From: a virus
Taxonomy: Duplodnaviria; Caudoviricetes
Direction: 5' to 3' (one strand)
IMG/VR virus record: IMGVR_UViG_3300037400_002591
Coordinates: 1 to 64,000 of that record
DNA: 64,000 nucleotides
In this document: piece after piece, positions 44,327 to 52,467 of the stretch
Numbering within the stretch: the stretch's first letter is position 1
Layout of the letters: each line of letters begins with the position of its first letter
Notes under the pieces: model-generated
Seen by the model: the letters and a program-made list of their open reading frames with translations, nothing else
What the model was told of the DNA's origin: nothing
Database searches by the model: none
Made by a program: the position numbers and the translations under genes

Positions 44327-44557
44327 GTGAGTTTTATGGCTATGCATAAAGCGATTAAAAGTGGAAAAGAACATAGAGTAGAATATGGTACAAAAGGACA
44401 ACCATATTGTAAGGCTGTTGATAAGACTTGCAGAAATCATGGCGGAAGAAGTGGTGGTGCTGCGAATCAATGTCTGTGGTGTTTAGGCAATAGAATAAAT
44501 AAATATAAAAATATGGACAAAATAGCCAAAAAAGAGATTAGAGATTTTCAAAGATAA
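44327..44557 (+). CDS. small Cys/His hypothetical protein
   Basis: CRNHGG..CLWC. Confidence 0.6.
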   Translation: MSFMAMHKAIKSGKEHRVEYGTKGQPYCKAVDKTCRNHGGRSGGAANQCLWCLGNRINKYKNMDKIAKKEIRDFQR

Positions 44558-44629
44558 ATACATAAGGTGGTTGGTCAGAGCCGTGTGCAGAAAGCACCTT
44601 TATAAAAACGGGGTCACGGCATTATATAT

Positions 44630-44706
44630 CGCGGGGTGGACCAGTGGTCTAAGTCGTCAGGCTCATAACCTGAAGGTCGTAGGTTCGAATCCTACTCCCG
44701 CAACCA
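44630..44706 (+). tRNA. initiator tRNA-fMet(CAT)
   Basis: C1:A72 mismatch, TCAGG-CTCATAA-CCTGA, CCA. Confidence 0.92.
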
Positions 44707-44986
44707 TTGATTATTAGAGGCGGACAAGGCTTTGGCAGGTGAAACAGACTGGTGGGACGCGAGTGGCCTCTTCTTATATATGTTCTGTACTCGAAACCTA
44801 GGGAGTATATTAGTAAGGCGGGAGGTTAATTCCTCCCCGCAGAACACCGATTTAAAAAATATTTGATTTTTATAAAAAAATATAATATAATATATATAGA
44901 AAAGTTAAGAAAAAATAACTTTTGGGTAAAAATAGTAAAATTACCTACCATACTTTTCTAATAATAATAGAAAAGGAGAAAATATT

Positions 44987-45397
44987 ATGGAAACAAAAAT
45001 ATGCACAAAATGTGGTAGAGAATTACCATTAGATATGTTTAATTGAAGAAATAAAGAAAAAGGGACAAGAAGAGCTGATTGTAAAGAATGTCATTCTGGT
45101 TATATGAGAAAAAAATATCAAGAAAATAAAGATATTATTGCAGATATGAAAGCTAGTCAAGGATGTGCAAAATGCGGAGATACAAGAAGCTATGTTCTAG
45201 ATTACCATCATATTGACCCTAATACAAAAGTAGAAGGAATTGCAAGAATGGTTAGTAATCATTATACTTCTTTAAATGAAGAAACCCTTAAAGAAATTAA
45301 AAAATGTGTTGTTTTATGTGCAAATTGTCATAGAGAATGGCATTATTTAAAAGAAAGAAATAATGAATTAGCATTTGAAGATTACATCAATAGTTAA
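44987..45397 (+). CDS. HNH endonuclease with Zn ribbons (1 TGA-Trp)
   Basis: CTKCG..CKEC; CAKCG..LDYHH..LCANCHREWH. Confidence 0.85.
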
Positions 45398-45406
45398 TTC
45401 TTATAT

Positions 45407-45481
45407 TGCCGGGTGGTGAAGCGGTAACACAAACGGCTTTGAACCGTTCACGCGTTGGTTCGAATCCAACCCCGGCAGCCA
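45407..45481 (+). tRNA. tRNA-Gln(TTG)
   Basis: Cloverleaf, AACGG-CTTTGAA-CCGTT, CCA. Confidence 0.92.
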
Positions 45482-45582
45482 TTTAGTTAATTATTGGGAT
45501 ACTGCGGTGGTGATGTTCTAACCCATTTAAAAAAGTAACATAAAACCAGCCGAGCAGCAGGTGCATAAATGCTGTGTCTTAT

Positions 45583-45658
45583 GGGGAGTTAGCTCAGCTG
45601 GGAGAGCACCTGACCTGCAATCAGGAGGTCACGAGTTCGATCCTCGTACTCTCCACCA
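45583..45658 (+). tRNA. tRNA-Ala(TGC), C instead of U at position 33
   Basis: G3:U70 pair, CCTGA-CCTGCAA-TCAGG. Confidence 0.9.
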
Positions 45659-45758
45659 TTTAGATTATTATTGGTAATCTTGGGTAGTAGTAGATTTTAA
45701 ATGTTATTAAAGAGATAATTGAAAGATATTATATTCCATTAACAGCCATTTTATATAT

Positions 45759-45823
45759 GTCATAATAGTTTAATAAAAGAACGCCGTTTATCGGAAATGT
45801 GAGTGAAAGTCTCGCTTATGGCT
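45759..45823 (+). ncRNA. degenerate tRNA-like RNA with shortened anticodon arm
   Basis: GTCATAA/TTATGGC acceptor, D arm, CCG-TTTAT-CGG, GTGAG-TGAAAGT-CTCGC. Confidence 0.5.
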
Positions 45824-45959
45824 ACCTATATCACAAACCTTCCTATTACAATGTGATTATGCGGGCTTCAAAGCTCGCTATGCGGGAATCGGCTTGTTAA
45901 TCCTCAATCGAGGTATAAAGCTGTAGTCACCGATTCCCGCATAGGGGGTTTTGAAAAAT

Positions 45960-46382
45960 GGGGATGTTTAGGTTTCGACAGGAGTTGGCGAAAAGTTAGA
46001 ATACAAGTACTAGGCAGTTAGTTAAAAGGCAACAAATAAAAATAAACGGAAACTTATTTTCAAAAATTACTAATAAAGTTAAATCTTTATTCGCATTTAA
46101 TTGCGTAGCCTTCGCGTAAGGTTAAGTAACTTCTATGTTAAGTACCAGTAGCGGACAGGGAAACGCATAGTCGTATTAATGATTCAAGGACCGCCATTAT
46201 AGGTCAGCTATCTATGCCAGCCGCCTTTAATGACTTACTTATTTGCATAGACTTGCTCTTGAGATTTGTATATGGTAAAGAGTATAGATAGAACGGTATA
46301 CACAAAACTTGTAAGGTAAGAATGAGATTTCTAATTAGTAGTTGATTTTTGGACGCGGGTTCGAACCCCGCCATCTCCACCA
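45960..46382 (+). ncRNA. ssrA: tmRNA; tag (A)GNLFSKITNKVKSLFAFNCVAFA at 46048-46119
   Basis: GGGGATG..GGTTTCGAC 5' end; GACGCGGGTTCGAACCCCGCCATCTCCACCA 3' end; G3:U70; ATAAAC upstream of resume codon. Confidence 0.93.
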
Positions 46383-46385
46383 TAT

Positions 46386-46944
46386 GCAGGTGTAACTCAG
46401 TTGGTTAGAGTACTCGTCTGATTTCACAAACTATTATTGTTGGCTATTAAGATTATGTTAAATTCAAAACAAATAGGAAATATAACTGAATTAGAATGTA
46501 TGTTAGCATTTGTAAAATTAGGTTATAATGTATTAACTCCATACGGAGATTGCGAAAGATATGACTTTATAGCTGATGTAAATGGAAAGCTATTAAAAAT
46601 ACAAGTAAAAACATCTAGACCTTCTAGAACTAGTGAGGGCAGTATAGTATTTAATACTTCAAGTCAAACTACAAAAGAAGGAAAAATGGTTCATCATTCT
46701 TATGATGAAACACAGATAGATTACTTTATGACTTTTTATGATAACCAAGCTTATTTAATTCCTGTTAAGGAATGTAGTGTAAGAGAAAAAACTTTAAGAT
46801 TTGAGCCCCCAAAAAATGGACAAATCAAAGGAATAACTTTTGCACAAGAATATGAGCTAGAAAAGGTGGTGAATAAAATAGTCAACATATAGCATTGTAA
46901 AATCACGCGTGATGTCGGAGGTTCGAATCCTCCCACCCGCACCA
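46386..46944 (+). tRNA. tRNA-Ile(GAT) interrupted between positions 36/37 by a 482-nt insert (46423-46904)
   Basis: 5' half 46386-46422 ends CT-GAT; 3' half 46905-46944 AC-GCGTG-ATGTC-T arm-CACCCGC-ACCA. Confidence 0.8.
46455..46892 (+). CDS. PD-(D/E)XK endonuclease (group-I-intron-associated / I-Ssp6803I-like family)
   Basis: IGNITE..C..YDFIAD..KIQVKTS..IDYF...YLIP. Confidence 0.85.
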   Translation: MLNSKQIGNITELECMLAFVKLGYNVLTPYGDCERYDFIADVNGKLLKIQVKTSRPSRTSEGSIVFNTSSQTTKEGKMVHHSYDETQIDYFMTFYDNQAYLIPVKECSVREKTLRFEPPKNGQIKGITFAQEYELEKVVNKIVNI

Positions 46945-47179
46945 TAATTTGAATATTAGGTTAGCTTTTGTGACTATTAGTTAACATATATAGAGTAACT
47001 AAATTCCTAGTGAGTCAAAGTGGAATCGGTTCAATATCTAGTTAATATTGATTGGGTTGCACGAGCCTCAAGGGTAAGTACCAGTCGTGCTAGGGTGGTG
47101 AAATGCAAGAATCATGAGTTGCAGAGTAAGAAGCCGAACATTTAGGCGGGGATTACATTGAATAAAACCCGCTCCATAT

Positions 47180-47254
47180 ACGCTTGTAGTCTAATGGTTA
47201 GGGCGCACGGCTTATATCCGTGTTATCGGGGTTCAAATCCCTGCGAGCGTACCA
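47180..47254 (+). tRNA. tRNA-Ile(TAT)
   Basis: CACGG-CTTATAT-CCGTG, A73, CCA. Confidence 0.85.
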
Positions 47255-47434
47255 ATTAATGATATTTTAATTATTTTCAAAGAGTTTTTCATTTTATTCT
47301 CTGCGTCAAAAATAAAATGCTTCCTTCTTTCTAGAGCAGGTTATCTGGTGTAAATACGCATAGCTCTTTTATATACATTTTTGTTGATTTTATTTAAAAA
47401 ATATAATATAATAATAATGTAATAAAAAAGGAAA

Positions 47435-47860
47435 GTGATAAATATGGAAGAATTTTTTAAAAAAGAATATGATAATTTTGATAGTTATGAATATCATTTT
47501 GTGGACAAAGTTTTAAAAGAAATATTTGGCAAAAGACAAATGATAAAAAGATATTCGTTAGCAGGAGAAGGAATATTTAATCTCCTATATATAGATAATT
47601 ACATTTATGAATTTAGATTTAAAAAAATTAAATCTTTACCTGTTAGTGATGGTAAAAAAGCATTTAGAGATGCTAAAAAAGATGAGATTATTGATGCGGT
47701 TGCCGCAACATTAAGTAAATATAATTTAGATTTTGCTATCACAGGTGGAAAATTCATATCTTTTAAAGATAGAAACTATTTAATTCAAATAGAGATAGTT
47801 AAAAAAATAAAAGAGCCATCTAATCTTGGAAAAGTTAAAATAGATGGAGAATGGATATAA
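47435..47860 (+). CDS. hypothetical protein
   Basis: ORF after TTGATT/TATAAT promoter. Confidence 0.6.
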   Translation: MINMEEFFKKEYDNFDSYEYHFVDKVLKEIFGKRQMIKRYSLAGEGIFNLLYIDNYIYEFRFKKIKSLPVSDGKKAFRDAKKDEIIDAVAATLSKYNLDFAITGGKFISFKDRNYLIQIEIVKKIKEPSNLGKVKIDGEWI

Positions 47861-47868
47861 AAAATTAA

Positions 47869-47897
47869 TTGATTTTTTATAAAAATAATGATATAAT
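47869..47897 (+). promoter_or_regulatory. sigmaA-type promoter upstream of small RNA copy 2
   Basis: TTGATT-17-TATAAT. Confidence 0.75.
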
Positions 47898-47914
47898 AAA
47901 TATGTAAAATAAAT

Positions 47915-47997
47915 AAGGCATACACAGCAAAGTTTTTGGTAAATAATTAGGTCTGCAAATCCCGATTTAGATGGTTCAATCCCATTGCTATGCCTTG
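47915..47997 (+). ncRNA. stem+ACAGCAA small RNA, copy 2, with tRNA-Cys-like interior
   Basis: AAGGCAT-AC-ACAGCAA..TGGTAAA..CTGCAAA..ATGG-TTCAATC-CCAT-TGCT-ATGCCTT-G. Confidence 0.65.
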
Positions 47998-48019
47998 TAT
48001 AAAAAGAATAAAAAGTTTA

Positions 48020-48516
48020 ATATAGTGAGGGCTGTGTCACTCACACCAAGTTATAGTTTTACTGGTAGATAGACCACACCGTTTAGTGAGGCTTGGGCGT
48101 AAGAAACCTCACCGCCGCTATGGTGAAAGAGATAGATGGTTGCTTAGCTATTGCTTATCCATAACTGAAGGAATAGTAAAAACTAATACTACTTAATTAG
48201 TAGTATTCTAATAATATACAAAAGAAGAGAGGTAAAAGGTAGAGATTATTCAATAGTGATATGACTAAAATAAACTCCTTGGATAGGGTGAGACATATCT
48301 CAACAGACCCGAAAAAACCTTTATATTATTAGAATAGTGCTAATTAAGCATGATACTTACTGCTCAAGAAGTAGATAAGTCCTATTACAGAGAAATCTGT
48401 AAATGTTAGCTCATTGACCAAGTGTTGAAGGAGCGGAGATTACACAAAATGCGTATTCATATAGGTGAATGGCAGGACGAAACCACCTAAAAGTCATTTA
48501 TAAAGCATTCGTCCAT
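48020..48516 (+). ncRNA. large structured ncRNA candidate (ROOL-like size and context)
   Basis: ~500 nt without a credible ORF; helices GTGAGG/CCTCAC, AATACTACT/AGTAGTATT, TACAGA-GAAA-TCTGTA; family not verified. Confidence 0.5.
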
Positions 48517-48523
48517 TTAATAT

Positions 48524-48599
<76 letters not shown>

Positions 48600-48602
48600 T
48601 AT

Positions 48603-48678
48603 GCGGAAGTAGCTCAATTGGTAGAGTTCCTGCCTTCCAAGCAGGCTGTTGCGGGTTCAAGCCCCGTCTTCCGCTCCA
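48603..48678 (+). tRNA. tRNA-Gly(TCC)
   Basis: CCTGC-CTTCCAA-GCAGG, U73, CCA. Confidence 0.93.
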
Positions 48679-48818
48679 TTTAAAATTATTGATAATATTT
48701 AAAAAATATTATATAATATATATGTAAATAAAAAAGACCATAATAAAATTCTTGTTGGTATCTCAGTGGCACAGAGAGTAAAGAGTGTTGATTGCTACAA
48801 CCGCCAATATATTATTAT

Positions 48819-48893
48819 GGCCGGTTCGTCAAGAGGTTAAGACACAACCCTTTCACGGTTGCATCGCGGGTTCGAATCCCGCACCGGCTACCA
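48819..48893 (+). tRNA. tRNA-Glu(TTC)
   Basis: CAACC-CTTTCAC-GGTTG, CCA. Confidence 0.92.
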
Positions 48894-48921
48894 TATATTT
48901 ATGAAAAGGAGCTGATTAATT

Positions 48922-49548
48922 TTGGCATACATTTATAAAATAATAAATAAGAAAAATAATAAAATTTATATTGGAAAGACAGAATTTAGTATTGAAAAGA
49001 GATGGCAGGAACATCTTAGAGATAGTAAAAAGAATTTAGATAGACCTCTTTACAGAGCAATGAATAAATATGGAATTGAAAATTTTGATATTGAACAAGT
49101 AGAAAAAACAGATAATCCAGTAGAAAGAGAACAATATTGGATTGAATATTATGGCTCTTTTAAATATGGATATAATGCAACAAAAGGCGGAGATGGCAGG
49201 TCATATTTAGATTATGATTTAGTAATTTCAACTTATAAAGAATTAAAAAATGCAACTGAAACTGCTAAAAAATTAGGAATTTATGAAGAAAGTGTCCGAA
49301 ATATTTTAAAAGCTCGTAATGAATATATTTATTCTAGTTCAGAGGTTAATCAAATGAAGTTAAGTCATATAATTAAACAATATAATTTGCAAGGGCAATA
49401 TATTCAAAGTTTTCCATCTGCAAGAGCAGCTGCGGAAAGCATAAAAGGGAAAAATTGTTCACACGGAGTTATTTCTCATATAACAGATGTGTGTAAAGGA
49501 ATACGAAAAACTGCATATAGTTTTATATGGAAATTTGAAGAAGAATAG
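48922..49548 (+). CDS. free-standing GIY-YIG homing endonuclease with NUMOD1-like tail
   Basis: YIYKI.N..IYIGKT..RW.EH..E..GYN.T.GG; QYNLQG..FPS...A. Confidence 0.88.
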   Translation: MAYIYKIINKKNNKIYIGKTEFSIEKRWQEHLRDSKKNLDRPLYRAMNKYGIENFDIEQVEKTDNPVEREQYWIEYYGSFKYGYNATKGGDGRSYLDYDLVISTYKELKNATETAKKLGIYEESVRNILKARNEYIYSSSEVNQMKLSHIIKQYNLQGQYIQSFPSARAAAESIKGKNCSHGVISHITDVCKGIRKTAYSFIWKFEEE

Positions 49549-49551
49549 CTA

Positions 49552-49660
49552 TTGAGTATGGCGGAATAGGTAGACGCTGTAAGTTAAGGAACGATTAGAA
49601 AGGCTCGGACAAAGTGTACATAAAACCTTTCATGTAAGGTGCAAATCCTTATTACTCAAT
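49552..49660 (+). ncRNA. tRNA-like RNA with intact acceptor/D/T arms and expanded non-canonical middle
   Basis: TTGAGTA/TACTCAA, TGGCGGAATAGGTAGACGC, GTAAGG-TGCAAAT-CCTTAT; no CCA. Confidence 0.6.
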
Positions 49661-49680
49661 TAATATATTTTAATATAAAT

Positions 49681-49741
49681 AAGACGCGAACAGCAAAGCA
49701 ATTATCACTTTTTTAGGGAAAAAGCAAGAGATTGCGTCTTG
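49681..49741 (+). ncRNA. stem+ACAGCAA small RNA, copy 3
   Basis: AAGACGC-GA-ACAGCAA..CTTTT-TTAGGGA-AAAAG..GCGTCTT-G. Confidence 0.65.
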
Positions 49742-49745
49742 ATTT

Positions 49746-49820
49746 GGTGCGTTGGTCCAACGGTTACGACGCTAGACTGTCACTCTAGCAACAGGAGTTC
49801 AACTCTCCTACGCACCGCCA
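49746..49820 (+). tRNA. tRNA-Asp(GTC)
   Basis: CTAGA-CTGTCAC-TCTAG, G73, CCA. Confidence 0.92.
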
Positions 49821-49839
49821 TTTAATATAATAAAAGGAA

Positions 49840-50544
49840 GTGAGTCAGGTGAATATAGTAATACCTTTTAGAAACACATGCGGGACTGACGAGCTTGATA
49901 TGTGTATCAAATTAATCAAAAAGAATTTAAAAATTAATTATGATAACATTTATATTATTGGGGATGAGGTTAATCAATTTAAAGACTCAGTTATTAATAT
50001 TGTTGTAAACGAACAAAAATATAATAAGTGGTTAGATAGCAACTTTTTAGTAAAAACTTATATTGAAACAATTGGAAATCCTTTTATTTTATTTAATGAC
50101 GATTTCTTTTTAACTGAAAATGTTGATACTATTCCTTGTTATTATTTTGATACTTTACAAAATAGGTCTTTAACAACTTATATTATCAACGAAAAAATAA
50201 ATAAACTTAGATTATCAACATATGGGCTAAATATTGACTCATTCTTAAAAAGATTTGGTAACTTTGAAAATTATGAAGTTCATATTCCTATGATAATAGA
50301 TTATCCAAGTGTTATGTATGAAGCTATTGAACAATGTAATATAAACGATTGTCCTGCTTTAAAAAGGACAATGTATATAAAATTATGTGAAGAAAAAAAT
50401 TTTTCTAACACAATAGTAGAAATCAAACACGATGTTAAATTTAATGAACCTTTAAGAGTAATGCAATACCCATTCTTTTCTCTAACTGATAGAGCAGAGT
50501 TTGATGTATTTAGAGATGCTCTTGAAGAAATAGCAAAACAATAA
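49840..50544 (+). CDS. hypothetical protein, glycosyltransferase-like
   Basis: IVIPFR..NIYIIGD..FILFNDDFF (DxD-like). Confidence 0.5.
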   Translation: MSQVNIVIPFRNTCGTDELDMCIKLIKKNLKINYDNIYIIGDEVNQFKDSVINIVVNEQKYNKWLDSNFLVKTYIETIGNPFILFNDDFFLTENVDTIPCYYFDTLQNRSLTTYIINEKINKLRLSTYGLNIDSFLKRFGNFENYEVHIPMIIDYPSVMYEAIEQCNINDCPALKRTMYIKLCEEKNFSNTIVEIKHDVKFNEPLRVMQYPFFSLTDRAEFDVFRDALEEIAKQ

Positions 50545-50548
50545 ATGT

Positions 50549-50644
50549 AGGGGCTTAGTGTAATGGTAGCACAGCGGTCTTCAAAACCGTAAAGACGGGT
50601 CTCCAAAACCCGGGGTGTGGGTTCGAGTCCTACAGCCCCTGCCA
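50549..50644 (+). tRNA. tRNA-Trp with two tandem anticodon arms (TCA then CCA)
   Basis: AGGGGCT..GCGGT-CTTCAAA-ACCGT-AAAGA-CGGGT-CTCCAAA-ACCCG-GGGT-GTGGG-TTCGAGT-CCTAC-AGCCCCT-G-CCA. Confidence 0.85.
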
Positions 50645-50649
50645 ATTTT

Positions 50650-50723
50650 AGGGGTGTCGTTCAATGGTAGGACTCTGGTCTCCAAAACCAGGTATCTGGG
50701 TTCAAATCCTAGCACCCCTGCCA
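50650..50723 (+). tRNA. tRNA-Trp(CCA)
   Basis: CTGGT-CTCCAAA-ACCAG, A1:U72, G73, CCA. Confidence 0.93.
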
Positions 50724-50758
50724 TTTAGATTATTAAGGCGTTGCCGCGAGGTGATATT

Positions 50759-51394
50759 ATGAGTAAAAAAACTAAAGAAATGATTGATAAAGTTTTTGAA
50801 AAAGAAACAAAAAGAAGTGAAGAAATTACTAATCTAATAATAGAATTTTATAATAATGAAGATAATAACACTAATGAAAAATGAAATGAATTATATGATA
50901 ATATAGTTTCTATTATGCATATTTCATTAGTTCAGACTTATAAAATTACTATGCAAGAAGCTAGTAAAATATATGATTTTTTTCCAAAAGAAGACACTTC
51001 TCATATAAAATATAAAGATGTTGAACCGTATACATATACAGAAGATGATTTAACTCTTGAAAAAAGAATTTTAAAACATATAAAAAATGCAAAACAAAAA
51101 GATTTTAATAAATCAAATCGCAATGCATTAATTTCAAAAGAGGTTAGAATTTTAGACAATGAAACTATGATAGTTAATCAAAAACTTATTTATAAAAAAA
51201 TGAAACAAATAGAGGGTGTATATGTTTGTTTAAATCCTGGAGGCGGATGCGGTAGAAGCTGTTGTAATACAGGTGTTAACGAATGAATGCCGATTGGAGA
51301 TATTCCATCACCACCACCTTATCATACAAACTGCCAGTGTTCTTTAGATTATGTTGATGATTATATAGAAGAACCAGAAGATATAGAAGAATAA
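50759..51394 (+). CDS. protein with C-terminal Mu gpF-like motif (2 TGA-Trp)
   Basis: Readthrough yields CCN..NE(W)MPI...PPYHTNCQCSL. Confidence 0.65.
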
Positions 51395-51395
51395 A

Positions 51396-51424
51396 TTGAT
51401 TTTTTATAAAAATTATTATATAAT
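51396..51424 (+). promoter_or_regulatory. sigmaA-type promoter of large ncRNA candidate
   Basis: TTGATT-17-TATAAT. Confidence 0.75.
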
Positions 51425-51449
51425 ATATATGTAAACATTAAGAAATAAA

Positions 51450-52330
51450 TTAAATGTGGAAACGAATGTATCTCCGTTCTGTCTTGCTCTTTAAGAGTGA
51501 GGCGGGATGCTGAGCTAGGGAGCAAAGGCATTCCATCAGACCGTTTGTGGGTTGGGTCTGCGAAAAGTTCTTTGAAAATAAAATTATTTGTAACTCAAAT
51601 AAGGATAGGTTTCGTCCTAAGAGTGGACTCTTACACCACCTCAAAAGGGTAGGTCATTAGTGCGGAAGCACGAGGGAGAGTCGCTGTCGGAATAACAAGC
51701 ATAAGGTGCTATTGATTTCGTGGTTCATTTAACAATGTGAGAGTTGGCGTCTCAAACAGGTTAAACGGCTGAGCCTTGGCGGTTGAAATAAGAAAGCAAT
51801 AGGCAACTAGCATAAATCCGTTGTAGCAAATGGCAAGTAGAACCTTATATGTTGAAGGTAATCAATCCTTCCTATGCGGAAATGCCAGGTCGTCGGCCAA
51901 CGAACTGGTGCATAGTAGCTTTATACTTATTCATTATATTATTGAGATGTGCTGGAAGATGCATCTCTGCGGAAGCAAGGTTGGTGGTAACGTTGACCGG
52001 CCGCCGCATATACTAATAACAGTAGACGCTGTAAGTAGCTGTGGTCATAGCCTATGAAAAAAGGATAAAAAGTTGATAAACTTAAGTGAGCAGGCGAAAA
52101 TATAATGAGTATAAGGAAAGTTGTGTGCGATTGGGTGCGAGCTCCAATACGACCTTAGCCGGGCGTAACACAGGACGACTGTGTGGAGAAGTGAGCACTG
52201 GGTGGTTGAATCAGGTCAAACTGAGTATAACAATGTGGCATATGGGCATATAAGAAAACCACTATGAAAAAGATTTGGTGATTACAGACGATTAGATGAA
52301 TGGTCTGTCTTATAAACTCCAGTCTATGCT
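51450..52330 (+). ncRNA. giant structured ncRNA candidate (GOLLD-like size and context)
   Basis: ~880 nt, markedly more GC-rich than flanks, no credible ORF, own promoter, inside tRNA island; family not verified. Confidence 0.55.
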
Positions 52331-52467
52331 ATGTTTGTAGAGTATTGGTCTCTACCTTGTGACTGAATATGCGGTTATTCTGTTGGAAGACTTGTGGGTA
52401 TGCGAAATTCCCACCAAATAATTTTATTTTCAAGGAACTTTTTAGAACCTTGAAAGAGAGTGATAAT

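Noticed and set aside
45497-45580. Sixth ACAGCAA-family RNA (GGGATAC/GTGTCTT stem)
   Set aside because: The stem relies on several G-U pairs and the ACAGCAA motif is absent
46423-46904. Group I intron in tRNA-Ile
   Set aside because: Only ~45 nt lie outside the ORF, no P7-type elements are visible, and the insert does not end in G
50549-50644. tRNA-Sec call for the UCA tRNA with a long extra arm
   Set aside because: 7-bp acceptor with A1:U72/G73 and Trp-type D arm; no sel genes seen; TGA positions behave as Trp, not Cys/Sec
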